Shown in pieces: positions 43,509 to 52,804 of a stretch of DNA of 64,000 nucleotides; the stretch's first letter is position 1; every line of letters starts with the position of its first letter. The notes beneath the pieces are model-generated. The model was not told the origin of the DNA. It made no database searches and was given only the letters and a program-made list of their open reading frames with translations. The stretch comes from Waterburya sp. (GTDB lineage Bacteria; Cyanobacteriota; Cyanobacteriia; Cyanobacteriales; Xenococcaceae). The translations under genes were made by a program, and so were the position numbers. The stretch covers positions 288,001 to 352,000 of the forward strand of contig CBDCJV010000002.1 in the NCBI GenBank assembly GCA_965217895.1. The letters run 5' to 3'.

Positions 43509-44963
43509 TTAGTCCGTAGTCCCAGTTTGCAAAGATTCCTTGGCAACTCTTGTCCACTCTGTATGAGAAAATTCACCTCTTGGTGTATCTACTCTTTCAT
43601 AAGTATGTGCGCCAAAGTAATCCCTTTGAGCCTGAGTTAGATTCTGAGGTAGACTAGCACGGCGATAACTATCAAAATAGTCCAAAGAAGAACTAAAAGC
43701 AGGAACAGCAATACCTAACTTGTTGGCAGTTGCCAAAACTTCACGCCATGCAGCCTGGCGATCAACAATTGACTGTTTAAATTCTGGCGCAAGGAGTAGA
43801 TTAGGCAGATCGGGATTTTCGTTAAACGCATTTTTGATTTTGTCTAAAAAAGCTGCCTTAATAATACAGCCTCCTTTCCAGATTCGGGCTATTTCTGCCA
43901 AGTCGAGGTTAAAGTTAAACTCAGCCGATGCCTTGCTCAACAATGCCATACCTTGAGCATAGGAACACATTTTGGAGCAGTATAAAGCATCTCGGACTCG
44001 ATCGATAAAGTCTTGCTTATCTCCCTCGTATTTAGCGGTTGGACCGCTAATCTCTTTAGAAGCAGCTACTCGTTCTTCTTTATATGCAGACATGACGCGA
44101 GCGTTAACCGCAGCATAAATAGTGGGAATTGGCACGCCCAACTCCAGAGAACTTACTACTGTCCATCGTCCTGTACCTTTTTGTCCCGCAGCATCTAAGA
44201 TTGAATCTACTAAAGGTTGGTGCGTTTTGGGATCGATGTTGCTAAAAATGTCGGCAGTAATTTCAATCAAAAAAGAATCTAGTTCATCAGTATGATTCCA
44301 CTGGCTAAAGACTTCTTCTAACTCTTTGCCATTTAAGTCTAAAGTGGTTTTCATTAGGTCATAGGCTTCGGCGATTAGCTGCATATCCCCATACTCAATG
44401 CCGTTGTGTACCATTTTGACATAGTGACCAGCACCACCAGGACCAATAAAAGTGACACAAGGGCCATCATCAACCTGAGCGGCAATTTTAGTTAAAATTG
44501 GCTCTAGGTCACGATAACCAGCCTCTGTGCCTCCAGGCATCAAACTAGGTCCTTTAAGTGCGCCTTCTTCGCCACCGCTGACTCCCATACCCACAAAACC
44601 TAGTCCTGTTGACTCTAGATCTTTAGTCCGTCTTTCAGTATCGTTATATAAAGAGTTTCCGCCATCGATAATAGTGTCTCCTTTGTCTAGTAGTGGTTTT
44701 AACTGATCGATAACCGCATCTACTGGTTTACCTGCTTTGACCATTACCAAAATATTACGGGGACGTTCTAAAGTCTGCACAAATTCTTCTAAGGAATAAG
44801 CAGCTTTAATGTCCTTGCCTTTAGCCCTGACTGCCATAAATGTCTCGGTTTTAGCAGCAGTACGGTTATATACAGCGATCGGAAAACCGCGACTTTCTAC
44901 GTTGAGGGCGAGATTTTCCCCCATAACGGCTAAACCAATTACACCAAAAGTTCTCTTTGCCAT
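43509..44963 (-). CDS. gndA: NADP-dependent 6-phosphogluconate dehydrogenase
   Basis: GLAVMG, VSGGEEGA, VKMVHNGIEYGDMQ, QRDYFGAHTY. Confidence 0.97.
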   Translation of the reverse strand: MAKRTFGVIGLAVMGENLALNVESRGFPIAVYNRTAAKTETFMAVRAKGKDIKAAYSLEEFVQTLERPRNILVMVKAGKPVDAVIDQLKPLLDKGDTIIDGGNSLYNDTERRTKDLESTGLGFVGMGVSGGEEGALKGPSLMPGGTEAGYRDLEPILTKIAAQVDDGPCVTFIGPGGAGHYVKMVHNGIEYGDMQLIAEAYDLMKTTLDLNGKELEEVFSQWNHTDELDSFLIEITADIFSNIDPKTHQPLVDSILDAAGQKGTGRWTVVSSLELGVPIPTIYAAVNARVMSAYKEERVAASKEISGPTAKYEGDKQDFIDRVRDALYCSKMCSYAQGMALLSKASAEFNFNLDLAEIARIWKGGCIIKAAFLDKIKNAFNENPDLPNLLLAPEFKQSIVDRQAAWREVLATANKLGIAVPAFSSSLDYFDSYRRASLPQNLTQAQRDYFGAHTYERVDTPRGEFSHTEWTRVAKESLQTGTTD

Positions 44964-45297
44964 AGTATTAAAATTGTCTAAAATTGCCTAAAAATTTCTT
45001 TGTTTGTCTGGAAAATAACAACCTAGGAAAAGGCTAACGCAGTTTCATGGATGAGAATCGTTTTTTAATTAACTCTTTTATTTTCTAGAGGCACAAAAAT
45101 AATTTGCCTGCTTGCTTGAGCAAAAATCGGTGTTGAATTACACAGTTATCTCTTGGGTCTAATAAATTTGCTATACATTTTGTAACCTGATATCTCGACA
45201 ATTTACAAATTAATTAATAATTGGTGAAGGATTATGCGTTATCGCTAATTGCCCCAATATTTGAAAAGCTGTTTTTGCCAAACTTTTACTAGCTTTT

Positions 45298-45474
45298 GCC
45301 CCCCAGCCCCCAAGCTTGGCGAGCGACCCCGCGTCGCCGTTAGGCGCAAACGCCAGTTCCTTCGCCCTCAGCAGTCGCTCTTTGTTGGAAACCAACAAGA
45401 TCGCGCTGCTTCGTAAGTCGGGAAACCCGCCCAACGGACTGGCTTGGGAATGCGCGAGTTGGGATTTAGAGGGC
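45298..45474. repeat. Nested small dispersed repeat (SDR-like) cluster
   Basis: GC-rich nested hairpins sharing CAGTCGCT...CGCGCTG and AAGTCG...ACCCGCCCAAC cores with the IS982 insertions. Confidence 0.7.
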
Positions 45475-45665
45475 TTTTGTGTAGCAAATTTGACTTCTCA
45501 GACGACCTCTAAGTAGACTTAATGGATTCTTTCGAGGTAACTGAGAAAAACTAATAAGTTACGTTTTCAAGACCTAGATACGAGGCGATTTTGTGAAACT
45601 ATGAAACCATAACCTAAACTCATTCCACGGTTAAAAACATATTTAAAATTGAGGCAAAATTTACG

Positions 45666-46022
45666 ATGACATGGACTAAAACTTTGGCTGCTGATGCCCT
45701 CGCACCTGGCACAAGACAAGTAGTAAAATTACAACAGCGATCGCTTTTATTGCTCAATGAAGCAAATAATATCTACGCGATTGATAGCATTTGCCCCCAT
45801 ATGAAGTTACCCTTGAAAAAAGGCAAAGTCACCGCAGATGGCTCGATTGTCTGTCCTTGGCATCGGAGTGAATTTGACCTTAAGACTGGCAATGTCAAAA
45901 ATTGGTGTACTTTTCCTCCTGTTGTGGGTAATATTTTAGGCAAAATTTCGGCAGAGCAATCCTTGGGAGTTTTTCCAGCAAAAGTAGAAGATGGACAAAT
46001 TCTGGTGGATTTACCCGTTTAA
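45666..46022 (+). CDS. Rieske [2Fe-2S] ferredoxin-like protein
   Basis: CPHM and CPWH motifs. Confidence 0.9.
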   Translation: MTWTKTLAADALAPGTRQVVKLQQRSLLLLNEANNIYAIDSICPHMKLPLKKGKVTADGSIVCPWHRSEFDLKTGNVKNWCTFPPVVGNILGKISAEQSLGVFPAKVEDGQILVDLPV

Positions 46023-46327
46023 AAATTAGAACGTTAAAGATAATTAGTTAAAAAACCCCCAAACTCTCGCGTATAGGCGACTTGAGCCTTTGTTTTGGCA
46101 GGTCGCTCGCCAGATTTTTTGGGGGATAAGCACGATTGTCTGGAATCTTAAGTCCATTTTTGACAATCAGGCGATCGCTGATATGATGATCATCTTTGAG
46201 ACTATAATCATTCTAATTTAGTTGGCGTATGGTAGTTTTGTATTGATAACCAGATTAAATGCTAATCATTACTCATTACTTTTTCCCAAAACCAACTGGT
46301 TGCTATTTAAAATGACTACAATTTACA

Positions 46328-47482
46328 TCAGGCGTGATGTAATAATTCAGTTAATTTATTCAACAACTCTTTTTCGTCATATGGTTTAGAAAAATAAGCT
46401 GAAGCTCCTAAATTCATGGCTAGTTTTTTGTGTTTTTCATTACTGCGAGAAGTCAGCATTGCTATTGGAAGATCGGCAAATTCAGGTCGCTCTTTTATTT
46501 CTTCGAGAACTCCATAGCCATTTAGTCTTGGCATTTCTAGATCGCAGATAATAGCCTGTACAGCCAGCCCGCTAATGAGCTTATCTACAGCTTCTTGACC
46601 ATCTTTGGCTTGTTCAACTTGATAACCTGCTCTTTCTAAAGTTAGACTCAGGTAACGACGTACATTAATCGAGTCATCGACTACCAAAATAGTTGGTGCG
46701 GTCTTTATGTTACTAATTTCTGGCAAATCTAAGCTAGATCGATCCTCAGCCAAGAAATTAATTGCACTTTTATCAGCTAACGCCATCGGGTCGATCAGAG
46801 GAATAACTTTACCATCACCAAAAACCACAGAACTAATTATACCAGGAGGTAAAGGAATCGGACTTTCTATGGTTCTGATAGTGGATTCTTGCTCATTCCA
46901 AAAACGTGCAATTTTTAAGGCAGCATAAGATTGTTTATCCCCAACCACTAAAGTCATCGGGCGATTAATTGTAGGTTCTCCTGTCAAATAGAGAGCATTA
47001 TGTGAACGACCATAGACAAGTATTTTTTCTACTTCTATCAGGGGAATTTCTGACTGATTCCAATCTACTGTTTTGGTGTTTTCTGAAGTTAAGATTGGCT
47101 CTAACTCCAGAGGTATTAACTCTCGAATACTATTAGCGGGAATAGCAAAAATCATGTCTCCCTGTTCAATAATTGCTACCCGTAAAATAGATAATGAAAA
47201 AGGAATTCTGAGGGTGAAAGTTGTTCCTTTTCCTGGTTCAGTAGACACCTGAACATTACCGCGAACTTCTTGCAGATTGGTTTTTACAACGTCCATACCC
47301 ACACCTCTACCTGAAAGTTCTGTAACCTGTTGTGCCGTACTAAATCCAGGCTCAAAAATGAAGTTTAGTAGTTCTGCTTCTGGTATTTGGGCTATTTCAG
47401 ATTGGGAAACGCCCATCTGACGGACGCGATCGCGAATTTTATCAAGACTAATTCCCCCGCCGTCGTCGCTTAGGGTAATGAC
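46328..47482 (-). pseudogene. CheA-like hybrid histidine kinase, 5'-truncated (HATPase C-part, CheW, REC)
   Basis: Frame runs back to VITLSDDGGGI at the IS4 junction; IFEPGFST, SGRGVGMDVV, REC domain; Hpt and dimerisation domains absent. Confidence 0.85.
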
Positions 47483-47485
47483 GCT

Positions 47486-48400
47486 CTAAGTACAGGACAA
47501 AAGTTTTAAAGAATCAAAAAATTCAGACTGTTTTAAATCCAGATCTAAAAAAATAGATCGTAAGTAGTCCAAACCATAGCGAAAAATGCTTTTGGCTAAT
47601 CTTCCATGCTTCTTAATTTTAATGGGATTAGATTGATGTAACCATTCACCCATTTTGATTGCCCAGCATAGAGCCAGAGACATGAGAGCGACAAGCTTAC
47701 TTAACCGTTCTGGGTCAATAAAATGAGTAGACTCAAGACAAAATCCCCTAGTTTTGAACATTCCGAACAATGTTTCAATTGCCCATCGTTTTCCATAGTC
47801 GGAAATAGCTGTTTGAGAAGGGTCAGGGGCAACAACAATCAGCAATTCTCCGTTATCTAAACGCAGAGCAGAAACGTAAACAGAACGTCCCCAAACCCAG
47901 CGACGACCTGATAAAACCTGAGTCTGACCTGGTTTTAAGTTAGCGAAGATAATCGAAGCTCTTAAATCTTGTTTACCATTATTGATGCGATCGCTATGAC
48001 GTATTCTCAATCGAAAGGGAATAGTCGGCTCAATCAGAAGGTAAGTTAACCATTGTTTACCGACGAACTCTCGATCGCCTGTCAGAAAAGCTATTTCAGC
48101 CTCAGGAAACCTCTCATAGAAACTATCGAGTAAATCCATTCTTTCATCACTATTGGAATTACCCTTCTTCTTCAGCATTTTCCAGACGACAGGGTAGGCT
48201 ACACCTACACCATCATGAACTATTCCCAGCATCAAAATATTAAAGCGAGTTTGCCCAAATGACCATTCAGTTCTATCTGTACTTAGAACCCATGGTTGTG
48301 GAATCTCCATTATCTTCACTATTGCTTTAGCAATGACGGAGTAATCTAAGTCAAAATTACGAAAAAATCGCTGTAGACGCTTGTAACTAGAATCAGTTTT
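47486..48400 (-). mobile_element. IS4-family transposase element, 5'-truncated
   Basis: DRTEW, GDREFVG, YGKRWAIETLF (Y-2-R-3-E); end TTGTCCTGTACTTAG; frame extends upstream (DSSYKRLQRFF) to the IS982 IR. Confidence 0.88.
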
Positions 48401-48401
48401 A

Positions 48402-49932
48402 ACCTGAGTTCGGGATAAGGAAAGGGACAGGTAGTAAGCTGAAAATAACTACTTTATTCAACCAACCTGTCCTATGTTTAGTCTAGACGCTTTGTTTTGT
48501 GATGTAGATGATGTCTTGATTCAGTCGCTTCAAGTCGAGAAAGGGGTACTCCCCGCATCTGACCCGCCCAACGCGCTGAATCGCTTTTTGTCATCATTTT
48601 GAGCCTCAATGGAAAGCAAGATTGTTACATCATGGAGGAATTAAAAGAGTTAGGGCAAAAAGTCTCTGTCTGAGCGAGATTATGACAATTTTAATTGCCT
48701 TTCATCAGAATCATTATCGTACCCTCGTCAGTCGCTACAACGTGTCACAGACCCGCAACGCGCTGACTCGCAATTTCAAGCATTTCTATCTCGACTATGT
48801 AAAACAGCATTGGAATACGGCTTTTCCAGGACTTCCTAGCTATCAAAGGTTTGTCGAATGGACTCCTTCAACTCTCGTTCCCTTATGTGTCTATCTCAAA
48901 CATTGTTTTGGAAGCCCGACAGGTATTGGCTTTGTTGATGCGACTAGCCTCAAAGTTTGTCAACACGGTGGTTGTATAAGCTGGGGAAACCCCAGCATAC
49001 CCCACCGTCACAATCGCCGAATCAAACGGCATAAAGTCTTTGACGGTTTAGCTGCTCGTGGCAAAACATCAGTCGATTGGTTTTTTGGTTTCAAACTTCA
49101 TCTAATTGTTAATGAAGTTGGTCAATTATTAAATGCTCAATTAACTCCTGGCAATGTAGATGATCGTCGCCCTATTCCAGAAAGGACTTGTCCGCATCTA
49201 TTACTCAAAGGTCTTTTTGGTAAATTTTTCGCAGCTCGTGGCTATGTCTCCCAAAAGCTCGCTAATCAATTACTAGAAGAATTTGGGATTCAGTTTTTTG
49301 CTAAACCTCGGCTTCACAAGTAGCAGATAACAAGTAGCGCAGCCTGGAGGCTGCCGACGTTGCTCCGCAACGGCCAGACGCGAAGCGCGTCTGCAAGTTC
49401 AACCTCTGCCACAGCAAGCAAAGCTTGCAAAGTCGTCGAAGACGACGACATGGAGCGATAGCTCCTGTGTCAGACAAAGGGCTTGCCCGCATGTATTCAA
49501 GAGTTGAATTATTTTTTCACCTTTTCCTCATCAATGAAGAGGCTGCATATCCAACTTCGGAGTTTTTCTTAATTGCTATCTGCGCGAACGGTCGTTCGCC
49601 GCCTTTGCGAAGGAAAGTCGAGCCGCTCCACGCGGCTGCTACTTGCTACTTAACTCCGAAGGAGTTTGGTAACATGAAGAACAAGCTGATGCGTCTTCAT
49701 GACAAACTTCTTTCCCGTCAACGCTCTATTATTGAAACTATTAATGACCAACTGAAAAATATTTCTCAGATCGAACATTCTCGTCATCGATTGCGAAGCT
49801 AGCCGAAGGCATCGCCAGTCAATTTTTGCGTCAATGTTCTCTGTGGATTAATCGCTTATTGTCATCAACCAAAAAAACCTAGTCTGCGTCTTGATTGGCT
49901 TTTACCTCAATCTGCCTAACCCGAACTCAGGT
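48402..49932 (+). mobile_element. IS982-family insertion sequence carrying six internal hairpin insertions
   Basis: Terminal IRs ACCTGAGTTCGGG (48402) and CCCGAACTCAGGT (49932); transposase motifs [28 protein letters not shown]. Confidence 0.9.
48474..49919 (+). pseudogene. IS982 transposase interrupted by insertions
   Basis: MFSLDALFCDVDD...LLPQSA* reconstructed after removing 567 nt of inserts (879 nt left); the second DDE Asp appears as Ala (FAARGY). Confidence 0.88.
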
Positions 49933-50072
49933 TAACTAGCTTATAGTTCCCAAAGTAAGCTAATAATCGATCGATTTACTGATAATTTTTTTTCAAGATT
50001 TGTGCAAAGGAATTTTGTCAAAGATTCTAAGGATTTATGTTGTTTAAAACACAGTCTATATTTCAATGAAAA

Positions 50073-52382
50073 TTATTTCAGTTCTTTGAATTTGTCCAAT
50101 CCTCCCAGGAATTGCTCTGTCATAAGACTCCATACGGTACGATTTTCATTGATGCGAATATTAGCCTGAACTTCCATCCCAGGCTGAAGATATTTTTTTT
50201 GTCCTTTGATCTTGAGATAGTCTTTGTCTAGCTCAATATTGGCTACATAACGGAAAAAATCATAGGGAGCTTCGGGTTTTAAGGCACTAGCACTAATAAA
50301 CTTGACTTTGCCCTTAATATCCCCATACTCACTATAGTCAAAAGCACTAATTCGCACGTCTGTAGACATTCCTTTTTCAACAAATCCAATATCTTTGGGA
50401 GTAATAAAGATTTCGGCGATTAAATTTTCTGTCGGCACAATTTGCAATACAGGACTAGCTGCCTGACCAGAAGGAGGAACGTATCCAGGATATGCCTTCA
50501 GGTCAAAAACATCTCCTGTTACAGGAGCTTTTATCGTCTGATATTTGAGGTTTTGTTCGGCACTGCTGACTTGACTATTAATTTCGGCTATTTGTTTATC
50601 GTTTTCAACGATTGTTTTATTGAGTTGACTGTCAATGTCTGCTAGTCGTTTGCTATTTTCGGCTCGTCGATCGTATAAATCTTTGGTCGAGAGAGTACCC
50701 GTATTATCTAGCTGCTCTTTAGCTTGAGAAATATCTAGGCTCAATCGCTGTTCTTCTTGCAAGAGGCGATTAATTTCTGATTGTAAGGTTGTTACCTGCT
50801 GTTGCTGGCGATCGCGTTCTAGATTACCTTGCTTGAGATCATCAACCATTGTTTGCTGGCGATCGTTAATTCTTTGTCTTTGCTGATCTACCTGAAGTTT
50901 AGCAATTCCTCCTTGTTTATAGACAGGAACAATAGCTTTTAAAGTTCCCTCTTCAATTTTCAAGCTGTCTTCAGCCTGTTGTCTTGCTTCAGTGTTACGC
51001 TCTATAATTTCTTTTAAGTTTTGTTTACCTGTAGCTAACTGCGCTCGATTGTCCCCTAGCTGAATTTTAGTTTGTTCTAGCTGTTTTTCTAGTTGTTCAA
51101 CCTCTAGTCTGGCCGAGGCGGTTCTTTGTTGCAAATCTGCTCTTGATGCTTCTAATCTAGCCTGTTGTTCTGGAGCTAGTTTTTGATTGGAATTGCCTAA
51201 AAGAGAATTAAACATTTCGTTTTCCTCTTTTAATGCTGCTCTATTGCGAGTGAGTTCTGATACTTCTCTAGGGATTTTTAAAGAGGCAATCACTTCATCA
51301 ATACTTTCGGTATCAATTTTTTCTGACATCAAGGCGCGATAAAATTTGTTTTCTTGTTGCAAAGACTGTCGCACTTTACCCAGGGAATTAACCTGAGCTT
51401 TAGAGGTTGTAGAATCTAAGACTAGTAAAACATCACCTTTTTTTACTCGTTGCCCTTCTTCTACCTTTACTTCTGCGACTACACCATTGGTAGGCACCTG
51501 TATTTCCTGTAGCTTATTAGTAGGCTGAATTATACCTTGGGCAGGAATTACTCGTTCAATCTTGGCAACCAAAGACCAAACAATGGTAAAGATAGTGACG
51601 CCCATAATTCCTGCCATAGTGGCTCTAGACCATCTAGGAGAAGGACGCAAAATTACTGTTTGCTCAAACTTGCGAGATTTAATTGAGGCAGGATCTCGTT
51701 TAATTAAAGAACCATTATCCCCAGAGGCTGTAGTAACAAGCTGTCCAGGGGGATAAGAGCGTTCTTTGAGAGTTTGAGTTTCTGTCTGACTTTTGATTAC
51801 CAACGGAGATATTGCAGGGAGCTTGTTAGCTTCTTGCGTTTGAGGCAAGGCTAGGTTGCGATAAATTCCTGGCCCAATTTGAGCATAACCACGATGTACC
51901 GATCTAATCGCATCGGTAAGTTCTTTGGCGGGAGTGCCTTTGAGTAAATAACCCATTGCTCCAGAGCTAAGAGAGCGAGCAACATATTCCTCAGTATCAA
52001 AGGTACTAAGCACCAATACTTTAACGTCAGAAAATTTCTGGCAAATGATTTTAGTTGCTTCCATGCCGTTCATTCCCGGCATCTCCATATCCATCAAAAC
52101 AACATCAGGCTCAAGTGACTGTACCTGTTTTACAGCGTGTTCGCCATTTTCAGCAACGCCAACTATTTCAATATCTGTTTCTGTTTTGATTAGGGCTTTT
52201 AATCCTTCCCTAATCATTTTTTGATCGTCAACGATTAAAATACGAATTGAACTATTAGAAGAATCGACAGCACGATCATTTCCATAATTAGATTGCCCTT
52301 GATTAAGCAATTTATCCCGTTTAGGTTGAGGCAAACTATTGCCTGAAAGGTAGTCGGTGCTACCATTGCTAGATGAGTTCAT
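50073..52382 (-). CDS. Response-regulator receiver domain fused to HlyD-family membrane fusion protein
   Basis: ILIVDD/LMDMEMP/GYLLKG REC domain; TM helix; VEEGQRVKKGDVLL lipoyl half, long coiled coil, IKAPVTG, LQPGMEV. Confidence 0.85.
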   Translation of the reverse strand: MNSSSNGSTDYLSGNSLPQPKRDKLLNQGQSNYGNDRAVDSSNSSIRILIVDDQKMIREGLKALIKTETDIEIVGVAENGEHAVKQVQSLEPDVVLMDMEMPGMNGMEATKIICQKFSDVKVLVLSTFDTEEYVARSLSSGAMGYLLKGTPAKELTDAIRSVHRGYAQIGPGIYRNLALPQTQEANKLPAISPLVIKSQTETQTLKERSYPPGQLVTTASGDNGSLIKRDPASIKSRKFEQTVILRPSPRWSRATMAGIMGVTIFTIVWSLVAKIERVIPAQGIIQPTNKLQEIQVPTNGVVAEVKVEEGQRVKKGDVLLVLDSTTSKAQVNSLGKVRQSLQQENKFYRALMSEKIDTESIDEVIASLKIPREVSELTRNRAALKEENEMFNSLLGNSNQKLAPEQQARLEASRADLQQRTASARLEVEQLEKQLEQTKIQLGDNRAQLATGKQNLKEIIERNTEARQQAEDSLKIEEGTLKAIVPVYKQGGIAKLQVDQQRQRINDRQQTMVDDLKQGNLERDRQQQQVTTLQSEINRLLQEEQRLSLDISQAKEQLDNTGTLSTKDLYDRRAENSKRLADIDSQLNKTIVENDKQIAEINSQVSSAEQNLKYQTIKAPVTGDVFDLKAYPGYVPPSGQAASPVLQIVPTENLIAEIFITPKDIGFVEKGMSTDVRISAFDYSEYGDIKGKVKFISASALKPEAPYDFFRYVANIELDKDYLKIKGQKKYLQPGMEVQANIRINENRTVWSLMTEQFLGGLDKFKELK

Positions 52383-52804
52383 AGTTTAAATAATTAGTAA
52401 CTTCGTGTCAGTTTTTAGTTTCGAGCCAGTTGCTAAAAAAAACAACAATTGTAGTTAGCTAGGTCACACAGAATATCTTTAAGCACTTTTGCTTGAGTCT
52501 CGATCTTATAAATTGATACTATTTTGAAAGAAATATACTAATACACATCACCCGTTACCAAATTTTGGTATAAATTACAAATTAAATACATCAGAATAAC
52601 TTTTAATATTTAACATAACTAGTCCTTTATAACTAATATTTTAGATATTCGACATAAAAAAATTCCAATTGGCAGAGGGTTAATTGTTTTCTAATGTCTT
52701 GATAGTGTTCTATAGCCACAACATAAAGTAAAAAGCTGAAATAATTTTCTTTAATCATTACAAACCGACAGCGATCGCTTTTTCTAATTGATGACACACC
52801 CTAG

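Noticed and set aside
45210..45516. Two short overlapping ORFs
   Set aside because: They arise from the GC-rich nested repeat cluster and show no protein-like features
49313..49668. Group I or group II intron identity for the large insert
   Set aside because: I could not identify GUGYG/AY ends, domain V or the P7 core by eye; left open for a covariance-model search
49301..49802. ORFs 49301-49492 (-) and 49425-49802 (+)
   Set aside because: Read-through of the non-coding hairpin insertion; only the NMKNKL... part is real transposase sequence
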